Source: Candidatus Hadarchaeota archaeon
GTDB taxonomy: Archaea > Hadarchaeota > Hadarchaeia > Hadarchaeales > Hadarchaeaceae
Reading direction: 5' to 3'
NCBI GenBank assembly: GCA_040755315.1
Contig: JBFMBF010000002.1
Location: 13,361 to 77,360, forward strand
Length of the DNA stretch: 64,000 nucleotides
Numbering within the stretch: the first letter of the stretch is position 1; every line of letters starts with the position of its first letter. Positions 35,538 through 44,572 of this stretch are shown here, one piece after another. Below the pieces are notes generated by a model. The model saw only the letters and a program-made list of their open reading frames with translations, did not search any database and was not told where the DNA came from. A program made the translations under genes and the position numbers.

Positions 35538-36926
35538 ATGGAAGCCGTCCTGAAAGAGGTGTTGCGACGGGTTAAACCCCGCGGCAGTGACGCAGCAAAG
35601 CTGTCAAAAGTGGTGGGGGAGTTGCTTGAGATGGTGGAGAGTACATGCAAGAAGCTCGGCGTCAATGCCCGTGCCGCGCTTGTCGGGTCTGCCGCTAGGG
35701 CAACCTGGCTGAGGACAGAGAAGGACATAGACATTTTCATCCTTTTTCCGGAAACCGTCTCCAGAGAGGAGCTTGAACGACAGGGGCTGGCTGTAGCGCG
35801 TGGGGTGGCTGGAAAAAAGGGTGAGGAAAGGTTCGCTGAGCACCCCTATGTAACAATAGATTACAAAGGGTTCCAAGTGGATCTTGTTCCGGCCTACGAT
35901 GTTTCTGACCCCAACATGATAAAAAGCGCCGTTGACAGGACCCCACATCACCAGGCATACGTCAAAAAAAGACTCACGCCCGAGCTCGCAGAGCAGGTTT
36001 TGCTTGTAAAACAGTTCATGCAGGGGGTCGGGGTTTATGGTTCGGAATACAGGACTAGGGGTTTTTCGGGTTACCTGTGTGAGCTCTTGGTTCTTTATCA
36101 TGGCTCGTTAAAGGGGCTTGTGGAGGCAGCGGCAGGTTGGGCGCTAGGAGCGGTCATTGACATCGAAAAGTTTTACCCGAGCGATTTGGAGCCAAGGACA
36201 ATATTCACGGGGGAAGTCCTAATAGTAGTTGACCCTGTCGACCCCAAAAGAAACGTCGCGTCGGCGGTTTCTCTCAAAAGTCTTGCAGAGTTCATCCTCG
36301 CATGTCAGGATTTCGTCAGGGAGCCAAAGCTTGGGTTTTTCTTCCCAAGGCTCGTGAAGCCGATTGCGCCAGGCGACTTGAAGAAGCAGTTAAAGAGGCG
36401 TGGGACGAGGCTCTTCTGCGTGGCGTTCAGGCCACCGGACGTTGTTGAGGATGTGCTTTTCCCTCAGCTACGCAGGACTGAGAGGGCCATCCGGGGGAGG
36501 ATGGCGCAGTCGGGGTTTCAGGTCTTCAGAAGCGACGTTTGGTCGGAAGGAGATTTGGCGGTGATTCTCATAGAGCTTGCAATCTCAAAGCTGCCGAAAG
36601 CACAGGCCAGGTTGGGCCCGCCAGTCACCCTAGGGTCTGAGAAATTCATAGACGAACACATTAGCTCAAAAGCCAAGCTTGCCGGACCGTTGGTTGACGA
36701 AGGTGGCAGGGTATTTTTCGAGCTTGAGAGAAAGGAGACAGACGCCCGCCAATCTTTGTCGCGCTTTCTGGCGGAAGGAATCGGATTTGGAAAAGATGTC
36801 TTCAACGCTGTCAGAAGAAATCACCAGCTTCTCGAAGGGGTCGAGGTCGCAAGGCTCTTCCGCAACAGGGGGTTCAAGGAGTTCATATCTGATTATCTGC
36901 CCCGTAGTCTTCCTTGGTACAGGTGA
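35538..36926 (+). CDS. cca: CCA-adding tRNA nucleotidyltransferase (archaeal class I)
   Basis: 'LVGSAARATWLRTEKDIDIFILFP' is the class I NTase motif, and 'VDLVPAY' and 'RTPHH' motifs are present. ATG 35538 with an SD is preferred over TTG 35523. Confidence 0.85.
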   Translation: MEAVLKEVLRRVKPRGSDAAKLSKVVGELLEMVESTCKKLGVNARAALVGSAARATWLRTEKDIDIFILFPETVSREELERQGLAVARGVAGKKGEERFAEHPYVTIDYKGFQVDLVPAYDVSDPNMIKSAVDRTPHHQAYVKKRLTPELAEQVLLVKQFMQGVGVYGSEYRTRGFSGYLCELLVLYHGSLKGLVEAAAGWALGAVIDIEKFYPSDLEPRTIFTGEVLIVVDPVDPKRNVASAVSLKSLAEFILACQDFVREPKLGFFFPRLVKPIAPGDLKKQLKRRGTRLFCVAFRPPDVVEDVLFPQLRRTERAIRGRMAQSGFQVFRSDVWSEGDLAVILIELAISKLPKAQARLGPPVTLGSEKFIDEHISSKAKLAGPLVDEGGRVFFELERKETDARQSLSRFLAEGIGFGKDVFNAVRRNHQLLEGVEVARLFRNRGFKEFISDYLPRSLPWYR

Positions 36927-36962
36927 ATGTTTTGCGCGCCCGAGGAGGCTCACAGCTAATCC

Positions 36963-36970
36963 TTAAATAT
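36963..36970 (+). promoter_or_regulatory. TATA box (TTAAATAT)
   Basis: 'AATCCTTAAATATG' is centred about 31 nt upstream of the Sm gene ATG at 36997. Confidence 0.45.
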
Positions 36971-36996
36971 GCACCAGAAGAAGGGTTGATGATTTA

Positions 36997-37221
36997 ATGG
37001 GACTTAGACCACTGGACGTCTTAAACCGTGCACTCGGTTCATCAGTGCTGGTGGGGCTCAAGGGAGGCCGGGAATTCCGCGGGAAGCTATCAGGCTTTGA
37101 CATCCACGTCAACCTGGTGCTTGAGGAAGCAGAGGAAATCAAGGGAACAGAGGTCCTCAAGGGCTACGGGACACTGGTGATCCGGGGAGACAGCGTCGTC
37201 TACATCTCCCCTGCAGGGTGA
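36997..37221 (+). CDS. Sm-like archaeal protein (LSm/SmAP)
   Basis: 74 aa. The Sm1/Sm2 motifs are '[26 protein letters not shown] ... [11 protein letters not shown]'. Confidence 0.85.
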   Translation: MGLRPLDVLNRALGSSVLVGLKGGREFRGKLSGFDIHVNLVLEEAEEIKGTEVLKGYGTLVIRGDSVVYISPAG

Positions 37222-37412
37222 GGTCAATGACGAAAGGCACCCATTCGATGGGAAAGCGCCACAAGGTTGCCCACATAAAGTGCCGGAGGTGTGGAAGGAG
37301 GGCATACCATGTTCAGAAAAAAGTTTGCGCGGCGTGCGGTTACGGCAGGACGCGTCGCATTTACAGGTACAATTGGAAGGTGAAGACCGTACAGGGAATC
37401 AGGCTCCGATGA
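37218..37412 (+). CDS. rpl37e: 50S ribosomal protein eL37
   Basis: '[32 protein letters not shown]' is a zinc ribbon. The ATGA overlaps the Sm gene; this Sm/eL37 pairing is conserved in archaea. Confidence 0.9.
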   Translation: MRSMTKGTHSMGKRHKVAHIKCRRCGRRAYHVQKKVCAACGYGRTRRIYRYNWKVKTVQGIRLR

Positions 37413-37512
37413 TCAATCAGGTGAGTTGTTTATGAAGAGTGAAAGGTGTGAAATTCCGCCCGGCCTTGGCTGGAGGATCGCAGTCTCATAGTTGTTGGGG
37501 TAGGTTGGCTGA

Positions 37513-37520
37513 TTTTTTTT
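37513..37520 (+). terminator. Oligo-T tract (T8) downstream of the Sm-eL37 operon
   Basis: TTTTTTTT lies about 100 nt after the eL37 stop. Archaeal termination commonly uses oligo-T, but no strong hairpin is seen. Confidence 0.3.
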
Positions 37521-37697
37521 AGTCTGGTTTCTGTTCTTCTATGCCCAGAACTTCACAATCTACCAGAACCTAGCAATCGTTATCATGCCCGTTTTGATAG
37601 TGGGTGCGATACTCGTGTCTATGTGGGCCCACTGGGGGATTAAGACAGCGCGGGCCTGGGAAAAGAAGAGCGTCAGAAAAAGAAAGAGATAACTACC

Positions 37698-40559
37698 CTA
37701 GCCGCTCCATTTGAATTTCCTGAAAACCGATTCTCGTTCTTTTCTAACTACAAGCTCGAAAAACCTGTTTGTGAGCCTTGGCTCAAGCGCGAGAATTTGT
37801 TCTGCAGCAGTGTGCCCCACGCCTCGCCCAACCAACGCTACAACAGCGGGCTTCCCGTATCGCGAGATAAGCTTTGAGTTTTCCACAATCTGCTTCCAGA
37901 TGGGCGTGATTTTCCCTCGCCCGGCCAGCTCAGCACCCCACCTGACATCGTCCACCCGCTCCTCAGCCATTCCAAGCCTGCCCGAGCCGCAAACTGGGCA
38001 CTTTGGTTCTTCATCCAACTTGTTGACTTGGATTTCCTCGAAGTACTTTCTGCACTCAACGCACGCGAACGCCCTGACCTCAGAGAGAAGGCGGGCCTTT
38101 GCGGAAGCCATCACCAGGATTTTCATCCTGCCGGGGGCGGTCGGCTCCAACACCAGGTAACGCTGGCGCCAGGCCAGTTCGGAAACAGGCGTGGGGCTTT
38201 TCCTCACCCCGAAGGAGACCACCTCTATTTCGCCATTTGCCATCTTTCCCAGAAGCTCCAGCGTCAAGCCCAAATCCAAATCCTTTCGCGCAACCTCCTC
38301 GAATGCTTCTTCAAAAGCTGGCGTCCCCTTCAGAGACCTCGTGAGCTTGTCAAGGATGGTGCTTGTTAGCTCTACATCTTTTCGCAGTATTCCCATCTTG
38401 CGGGCTACCTGGGCCAGCCGCCATCTAAAAAACCTACTTTCTTCTATAACCTGACGCAGGTCACGCCGGAAGTCCCCGCCCAGCTTCCCAGTCAGGATTT
38501 CCAGTACTTTGTCTGGTTCCAGGTCACTAGATCGCAGCAGTACCCTGTATGGGTCGACAGATGTGGCAACAGAAAACCCCAGCTCGGCCGATGCCTTGTG
38601 TGAAATGAGCCTTGCAATGGCCCGGTTGGCAAGTGTCCCAAAACAGCAGTTCACCACGCAGACATCTTTCACTTTCTCCACGGTCACGCGCCTGTTGGTG
38701 GGAAGAAGAAGCCCGTCCTCCGATTGTTTTCTGGCTTCCTTGAGCGCCGCCGTCAGTGTTTCTCGGCTGGCTTCCAGTTTTTTGGAAAGAACCGCCACCA
38801 CATCTTCAAACTTTGTCCCGCCTTTCATCCCTTCTTCAACGGTTCCCCTAATCAGCCCTACCTCCTGCGCCACGGAGAGTGGAACCGGGATTTCCTCTCC
38901 TATCCAAGTCGGTATAGCGCCCAGAGGATCCCTCTCGTTTTTCACGTAAACTTTGTCTTTAAAGACTTGGATTACTCTCCAGAGTTCACCCCCCATGACA
39001 AATTTTACCCCCGGCTCGCCGTACTCTGCTATGAAAGACTCATCAAGAATCCCGACGGGTTTCCCTCCCTCATCGTCAACAACCATGTATTGCTTGAACT
39101 CAGGGATCATAGACAGGTTCCCAAAATAATACTCAAAAACCCTCTGGCTCGGCCCCGACCTCTCGAATGTTTTTCCGTCCACCGACACCTTAACCAGCCT
39201 CTGTTCCAAGCTTTGCGCGAACGACAAGGCCCGGACAACTTCGTCTCTGGAGAGATTCCTGAAAGGATAGGCCCGCTTGAAAACCTCAAGAACTTTCCCA
39301 ACATTTTCTCCCCTCCCCGCCACAATGTAGGAAACAAGCGAGTGCAGCAGGACGTCCAGCGGCTTCTCAGGAATGGAGACGGGTTCAAGCTCCTTCTGGC
39401 GGGACCTTGAGGCGATAACCAGTGATTCAAGGGCGTCGTCCGAGTCCTGAACCACTATGACCCCTTTTGATACTTCCCCTATCCTGTGCCCGCTTCTCCC
39501 CACCCTCTGGAGCAGTCTAGTCACTTGGCGGGGAGAGTTGTGCTGGATAACCAAGTCAACGGCGCCTATGTCAAGACCCAGTTCCATGGACGATGTGCAG
39601 ACGATGGCTCTAAGTTCGCCCGCCTTGAGCATCCGCTCAGCCCTCTCTCTGGTAAAGCTTGAGAGAGACCCATGGTGGACCGTGATCGGGAAGTTGATAT
39701 CCCAAAGGCGGAATCGGCTGCCCAAGACCTCTGCAGTTGGCCGGGTATTTGTGAATATCAGGGTCGAGCGGTGTTTTTCAACCAGCTCCCTCATTTTTCT
39801 CAACCTTGCGGCCACCTGTGGGAAAGTGTAAATCTGGGTGGCCAGCCTCTCGTCGGCTTTCGATGGTTGGGGGTAAACCACGTCTATCTTTATCTCTCGA
39901 GCGACACTCACGTCTACAACCTTGCAATGTCTGCCCACACCGGCTAGGAACTTCGCCACCTCTTCGGGAGAGCCTATGGTCGCCGAAAGCCCGATGAGCT
40001 GGAAGTCGCCACCTTTCAGCTCCCTGAGCCTTTCGAGGGACAGCGATAGCTGGGCCCCGCGCTCGTTGTCAGAGAGCTCATGTACCTCGTCAACCACCAC
40101 CCACCGGATGCTGCGCAGATAGCCGCTAAGCCTGCGCCCGAGCAGAAGTATCTGAAGAGTCTCGGGTGTGGTTATCATCACGTCCGGGGGGACTAGGGCC
40201 TGCGTTCGCCTTTCCCTTTCAGCTGTGTCCCCATGTCTGACTGAAACCCGCAGGTCAAGAGAGCCGCACCACCACTGGAGGCGCTCCAGCATGTCTCGGT
40301 TGAGCGCCCGGAGGGGAGTTATGTAAATCACCTTAATCCCAGGCTCCCGGGCCCCCGACACTAGAAGCTGATGCAGGACTGGCAGAAAAGCCGCTTCTGT
40401 TTTTCCAGTACCGGCGGGCGCTATTAGTAATACATTTTTTCCATCCAATATTTCTGGGATGGCTTTCTCCTGCGGGAGTGTAGGCTTTGTGAATCCCTTC
40501 TCCAGAAGTATTTTCTGAATGGGTTTTGCGAGCAGCCCATAGGCGCCTTTTTCGTCCAT
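37698..40559 (-). CDS. lhr: Lhr-type large superfamily-2 helicase
   Basis: 953 aa. It has 'APAGTGKTEAAFLP', 'DEVHEL', 'SSMELGLDIG' and 'QRVGRSGH' motifs plus a C-terminal Zn ribbon (CVECRKY ... CPVCGS). Confidence 0.85.
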   Translation of the reverse strand: MDEKGAYGLLAKPIQKILLEKGFTKPTLPQEKAIPEILDGKNVLLIAPAGTGKTEAAFLPVLHQLLVSGAREPGIKVIYITPLRALNRDMLERLQWWCGSLDLRVSVRHGDTAERERRTQALVPPDVMITTPETLQILLLGRRLSGYLRSIRWVVVDEVHELSDNERGAQLSLSLERLRELKGGDFQLIGLSATIGSPEEVAKFLAGVGRHCKVVDVSVAREIKIDVVYPQPSKADERLATQIYTFPQVAARLRKMRELVEKHRSTLIFTNTRPTAEVLGSRFRLWDINFPITVHHGSLSSFTRERAERMLKAGELRAIVCTSSMELGLDIGAVDLVIQHNSPRQVTRLLQRVGRSGHRIGEVSKGVIVVQDSDDALESLVIASRSRQKELEPVSIPEKPLDVLLHSLVSYIVAGRGENVGKVLEVFKRAYPFRNLSRDEVVRALSFAQSLEQRLVKVSVDGKTFERSGPSQRVFEYYFGNLSMIPEFKQYMVVDDEGGKPVGILDESFIAEYGEPGVKFVMGGELWRVIQVFKDKVYVKNERDPLGAIPTWIGEEIPVPLSVAQEVGLIRGTVEEGMKGGTKFEDVVAVLSKKLEASRETLTAALKEARKQSEDGLLLPTNRRVTVEKVKDVCVVNCCFGTLANRAIARLISHKASAELGFSVATSVDPYRVLLRSSDLEPDKVLEILTGKLGGDFRRDLRQVIEESRFFRWRLAQVARKMGILRKDVELTSTILDKLTRSLKGTPAFEEAFEEVARKDLDLGLTLELLGKMANGEIEVVSFGVRKSPTPVSELAWRQRYLVLEPTAPGRMKILVMASAKARLLSEVRAFACVECRKYFEEIQVNKLDEEPKCPVCGSGRLGMAEERVDDVRWGAELAGRGKITPIWKQIVENSKLISRYGKPAVVALVGRGVGHTAAEQILALEPRLTNRFFELVVRKERESVFRKFKWSG

Positions 40560-40613
40560 TTCATCAGAGAAAATTTGTTTACCTGTCTATAACCCCGCAG
40601 GTTGAAGACTTGA

Positions 40614-40913
40614 TTACACAGGCGCGGTGCCGCCTTCGGCAACGTGCGGAGACATAGTGATTTCATCCTTGTGTTTCAGCTTGGCGTGGATTCCTCCCAT
40701 CCTTTCCACTCGCCTGCCGTTCACTAGGATGTCAAACTCCTCCTTAAGTTCGCCTGTGGTGGGATCCAGTATCATCTCGATTAGCTTTGGGTATCGGCGG
40801 CTGATTTTCATCAGCAATGTGTCCAACGTTTCATTGTCGTTTATTGACACCCGAATCGTATCTGTGCCAATATTTTCCTTAAAAACGGCGTGTAGCCTTA
40901 TCGTTACTTCCAT
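40614..40913 (-). CDS. MoaD/ThiS-fold ubiquitin-like protein (SAMP-like) with a Gly-Gly + 4-residue tail
   Basis: 'MEVTIRLHAVFKENIG ... ILVNGRRV ... HKDEITMSPHVAEGG-TAPV' follows the MoaD pattern (...DGDEVAIFPPVSGG). The Gly-Gly codons lie at 40629..40634. ATG 40913 is preferred over 40946. Confidence 0.65.
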   Translation of the reverse strand: MEVTIRLHAVFKENIGTDTIRVSINDNETLDTLLMKISRRYPKLIEMILDPTTGELKEEFDILVNGRRVERMGGIHAKLKHKDEITMSPHVAEGGTAPV

Positions 40914-40995
40914 CCAATCACAGCTTGATTCACCCTTTTGAGTCACCCATCACAAATGGTTTGGGCTGGCTTAAAAAAAGGTTTTTGGGCATCAT

Positions 40996-41391
40996 CTAGC
41001 GTTTTCTCCACCCTTCTTTGGCTTCTTCCACACCAACCACTATCAGCCCGAGCCCCGCGAGCAGGAAGCCTATTCCGTAAGCTGCGGTCTGCCAGTTTTG
41101 GGATAAGCTGCCGCCACTTGAAAGCAGCAGAAATATACCTAGGATGAAAAGGCCGAGGTTCCCCAAGGGGTTGTGTGGCAATATTTTGCTCGCGCCGGCA
41201 AACGCTAGGCCGACACCCGCCACTAGAAGACTGAACCCCGTCAGAAGTTGAATTGATGATGCTATTGAGTTGGCCCCGATGTTTATCAGGGCCACCCCGA
41301 CAGCTATGATCACGATTCCCAAAACCAGCGGTACAAATGGCCTCTGTCCGGAGGGTTGTGGGGAGGGTGGCGCAGGCGCCTCATCCGACAT
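40996..41391 (-). CDS. Gly/Leu-rich multi-pass membrane protein (hypothetical)
   Basis: 131 aa with a Pro-rich N-terminus followed by 4 hydrophobic segments. It overlaps the upstream ORF by 11 nt. Confidence 0.5.
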   Translation of the reverse strand: MSDEAPAPPSPQPSGQRPFVPLVLGIVIIAVGVALINIGANSIASSIQLLTGFSLLVAGVGLAFAGASKILPHNPLGNLGLFILGIFLLLSSGGSLSQNWQTAAYGIGFLLAGLGLIVVGVEEAKEGWRKR

Positions 41392-41821
41392 AGCTCGGTC
41401 GCTCCTTGTCGGGCTTTGGAGGAGGTGCTTGCTGAATGGAAGGAAGAGGGATTGGCGGTATTATGTTGATTGTCCTAGACACAACAGTGGCCTCAATCAA
41501 GGAAGTGTTCGTTATGGCCTGGAGGAGTACCTGTGGCGGGCCCCTCTTGTTTTCGTAATCACTCTTTATCTTTTCCAGCTCGCCAGCTTCGCCAGAGATT
41601 ACTGCCTGTCCCTTGATGTTTATTTGTGCTATTGATGGCGTGTAAGTTATGGTCGCGACGAACGGAACGGAAAGATCGTCTCCCTTTTTCCCGAACCCAA
41701 CTATGTTGATGTTTGTGGAGACGTTGACTCCGCCGGGAGCAGGCTGGTCGTGCTCCCAGAACCGCTCAGCCGCGATGTAGCTTACTTTTATCTGGATCTG
41801 CAAGCAATCACTCATTAACAC
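41381..41821 (-). CDS. Hypothetical protein, possible SecB-like chaperone fold
   Basis: 146 aa. The alternating beta-strand pattern (QIQIKVSYIAAERF / VNVSTNINIVGF / LSVPFVATITYT / AQINIKGQAVISG) followed by a helix '...LLQAITNTSLIEATVVSRTINIIPPIPLPSI' is collinear with E. coli SecB as I recall it. The similarity is weak. Confidence 0.4.
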   Translation of the reverse strand: MLMSDCLQIQIKVSYIAAERFWEHDQPAPGGVNVSTNINIVGFGKKGDDLSVPFVATITYTPSIAQINIKGQAVISGEAGELEKIKSDYENKRGPPQVLLQAITNTSLIEATVVSRTINIIPPIPLPSIQQAPPPKPDKERPSYVG

Positions 41822-41846
41822 TTTGGCAGCGGCTTTAAAACTTCCG

Positions 41847-43148
41847 TTAGAACTCGCGCGGCGGGAACTTTACTTGGAGGCTTCTAACAAGAGGCCGGGC
41901 CAAGTGCCGTCTGGCTCGGGGTGGGACTTCAAAGGCACCCTCTTTAATTTTTCGCTTCCACAATGTTTTTTTGGGGGAGTCAGGTGGAGCTTTTGCCCTG
42001 CAGCGTTTGCATGAGTAACCCTTGCCCCGCCCCTCAGACTTCATGTGTTTGCCGCAGCTTGGACAGATGGGGTTTTCTAACTTGAATTGGGGGGCCAGCT
42101 CAAGCACCTCTATCTTCTCAAGGTTGATTGTTAGCGGGAGTTCCGGTTTTTCTTTTATTCCTCCGCAAGCCCTCACCTTGTCTCCTACAATCAATTCTTT
42201 CACAACTTCTCTGAACTGGCGGGTCGGTTCATATGCTGCGCAGTCAATTTCTCCGTCATTATCACTCAGCCTGAAAATGACATGGCCTCCTAGGATGATT
42301 TTTGGCGCCTTGCAGACGACCCCGTCCACGATTACCGAAAGGTAAGGCCGCGCTTCAGTAATCTTCGCCGAGACAAGGTGTTCATCAGTGCCTTGGTTGG
42401 TTCTGTAGATTATGAAGCGCTCGATCGGCTCGGAAGCCTTGATCATCTTGTGAGCTCTCTTAACCGCCGCGGGGTTTTCGCCCCTGATTCCATAGAGAAT
42501 CGGACATGGTGTGTGAGGTGTTATCCTGATTTCCCCGCTGGCGGGGTCAAGGTTGTCAAAAGTTTCTGGGCTAGTTTTTGCGTCCATCTCAACTACTGAA
42601 GCTGGGGCAACCCGCCTTTTTTTTCCTCTGTGTTCTGGGGTTCTGTATGTCACAAGCTCGAATGTCCAGTCCTGCTCCAAAGTATTGCCAATAGCAGCCA
42701 AAGCCCCGATTATCCCTCGCCCAAGCTTGAACTTGTGGATTTCCGCCCCGATGTCGTGTGCCATGGACTCGGCGTCGCTTAACTCGACGACATCTTGGAC
42801 TACTTTTTTTGAAAAATCCCGTAGCTTTGTCGGCACTTCCTCGCCGTTCAGAAAAACCACGCCGGGGTTGGTGGTCTCCACATCTAGCTCAGCCAGCTCT
42901 TTCACAGTATCCAAAACGGTCTTTTTTACCTCAGGCACGATTGAATCCGGCGCCTTAACCGCAAACGCCACGGCGCAGTTTCCGCGGGTTTTAAGTTTCC
43001 AATTAGGGTTTAGCCGGATTAGTTTAGGGTGTTCTAGAATCTTGACTCCAAGCGTTTTGAGGCGGTCGATGGCCACGGCGCCCACATAGGTGGTGCACAT
43101 GCCCTTCTTTGAGTCGGTGTCGTCAATTCCCACTTGGACAATCTGCAT
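41847..43148 (-). CDS. tiaS: tRNA(Ile2) 2-agmatinylcytidine synthetase
   Basis: 'MQIVQVGIDDTDSKKGMCTTYVG' is a typical TiaS N-terminus. An OB fold and a C-terminal Zn ribbon (CPSCGKHM ... CKRC) are present. ATG 43148 is preferred over TTG 43157. Confidence 0.8.
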   Translation of the reverse strand: MQIVQVGIDDTDSKKGMCTTYVGAVAIDRLKTLGVKILEHPKLIRLNPNWKLKTRGNCAVAFAVKAPDSIVPEVKKTVLDTVKELAELDVETTNPGVVFLNGEEVPTKLRDFSKKVVQDVVELSDAESMAHDIGAEIHKFKLGRGIIGALAAIGNTLEQDWTFELVTYRTPEHRGKKRRVAPASVVEMDAKTSPETFDNLDPASGEIRITPHTPCPILYGIRGENPAAVKRAHKMIKASEPIERFIIYRTNQGTDEHLVSAKITEARPYLSVIVDGVVCKAPKIILGGHVIFRLSDNDGEIDCAAYEPTRQFREVVKELIVGDKVRACGGIKEKPELPLTINLEKIEVLELAPQFKLENPICPSCGKHMKSEGRGKGYSCKRCRAKAPPDSPKKTLWKRKIKEGAFEVPPRARRHLARPLVRSLQVKFPPREF

Positions 43149-43226
43149 ACATAACAACTTGAACTGGTATCCTTAAGTGCATAAGCAAACATTTTTCTTG
43201 AGCCAAAATAACACCAAGAGGGTGGC

Positions 43227-44507
43227 ATGAAAACACTTCTACTCATCTGCGACGGGATGGCGGACAGGCCGGTGCAGAAGCTGGCTAACAGGACTCCTTT
43301 GGAGATAGCCAAAAAGCCTAACATGGACTGGCTGGCCAAACATGGGATTAACGGCATAATGGACACAATTGCCCCGGGAGTTGTCCCCGGCAGTGACACG
43401 GCCCATCTAGCCCTGCTTGGTTACAATCCATTTGAGGTCTACACCGGGCGCGGACCATTCGAGGCAGCGGGGGCCGGCATAGACCTGAAGCCCGGGGATG
43501 TTGCATTCAGAGTGAATTTCGCCACAGTAGACAGCTCCATGAGGGTCATCGATAGGAGGGCCGGGCGAGTCCATGAAACCGGGCCATTGGCCGAGGCCAT
43601 TCAGAAGATAAGCGTGAAGGGCGCCAAGATAATCTTCAAAAGCACCGTCGGGCACAGAGCAACTCTTGTTCTCAGGGGGGAAGGGCTGACCCACGAGGTC
43701 TCGGACACAGATCCACACGATGTCGGCAAAAAACCGCTAAAGGTGGAGCCGTTGCTTCAAGATGAGTCCAGGGCGCTTCCAGCGTATCCAATCTTCGCTG
43801 GCGGGATTCGCAAATTTGTGGTGCGCCGCGGTAGAGCGGTCAAAACAGCGAAAATCTTGAACGAATTTTTGGAGAAGGCATACAAGGTTCTAAAATCCCA
43901 CCCCATGAACAAAGACCGCGTGAAAAAAGGCCTGCCCCCAGCAAACTGCCTCCTTATCAGGGGTGGGGGGGTGGTGCCTCACTTGGAGCCGCTGCAGGAG
44001 AGGCTCGGCATGAAAGGGGCATGTGTGGCGGCCGCCGCCCTTGTGAAGGGCGTCTGCAGGTTGGCGGGGCTGAGAGTTTACGATGTCCCTGGTGCTACCG
44101 GAAGCGTTAACACAGACCTGAACGCCAAGGCCAAGGTGGCGTTACAGGCTCTGGAGGACCACGAGCTCGTCATTTTGCATGTAAAAGGGTTCGACGAGGC
44201 TGGGCACGACGGAAACGCCAGAGGCAAGATAGACCTAATAGAAAGGACGGACGCCATCCTAAGCAAGTTCATAGATGTGCCGGATTTCATAGTCATCACC
44301 TGTGATCATACAACTCCCGCAAGCGCAAAGAACCACTCGGCCGACCCCGTCCCGCTCCTGATTTATGGCCCCGGGGTTCGCAGCGACGATGTAAAAACAT
44401 TCGGCGAGCGTGCAGCTGCGAGCGGCGGGCTTGGCAGGATTTCAGGAAAAGACCTTTTACCAATAGTGGCCGACCTCATGGGAAAAAGCAAAAAGTTTGG
44501 AGCTTAA
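43227..44507 (+). CDS. apgM: 2,3-bisphosphoglycerate-independent phosphoglycerate mutase (archaeal ApgM type)
   Basis: 426 aa. 'LLLICDGMADRP ... PLEIAKKPNMDWLA' and 'GSDTAHLALLGY' are present. Confidence 0.85.
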   Translation: MKTLLLICDGMADRPVQKLANRTPLEIAKKPNMDWLAKHGINGIMDTIAPGVVPGSDTAHLALLGYNPFEVYTGRGPFEAAGAGIDLKPGDVAFRVNFATVDSSMRVIDRRAGRVHETGPLAEAIQKISVKGAKIIFKSTVGHRATLVLRGEGLTHEVSDTDPHDVGKKPLKVEPLLQDESRALPAYPIFAGGIRKFVVRRGRAVKTAKILNEFLEKAYKVLKSHPMNKDRVKKGLPPANCLLIRGGGVVPHLEPLQERLGMKGACVAAAALVKGVCRLAGLRVYDVPGATGSVNTDLNAKAKVALQALEDHELVILHVKGFDEAGHDGNARGKIDLIERTDAILSKFIDVPDFIVITCDHTTPASAKNHSADPVPLLIYGPGVRSDDVKTFGERAAASGGLGRISGKDLLPIVADLMGKSKKFGA

Positions 44508-44535
44508 CCCCCTGTCCATTTGCACGGACGCGGAG

Positions 44536-44547
44536 TTTAATTATAAG
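44536..44547 (+). promoter_or_regulatory. TATA-like box (TTTAATTATAAG)
   Basis: It is centred about 32 nt upstream of TTG 44573, the start of the ABC transporter operon. Confidence 0.35.
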
Positions 44548-44572
44548 CTGCAGCGAAATTAGTTTTGGTCGA

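Noticed and set aside
37413-37697. 285-bp gap after eL37. I considered a C/D-box sRNA (CUGA at 37509..37512 before the T8 tract; AUGAAGA at about 37431) and a 35-codon TM mini-ORF (37585..37692, MPVLIVGAILVSMWAHWGIKTARAWEKKSVRKRKR).
   Set aside because: There is no canonical RUGAUGA C box or C'/D' pair at sensible spacing. The mini-ORF is plausible as a hydrophobic helix plus basic tail, but it has no SD, promoter or homology support.
37698-40559. I considered inteins or other insertions in the long informational genes (Lhr, DNA ligase, ArgRS, aCPSF1, RecJ-like).
   Set aside because: Lengths are normal for each family, helicase and ligase motifs are contiguous, and no intein block motifs (C/S ... 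HN-C/S/T) are seen at motif junctions.
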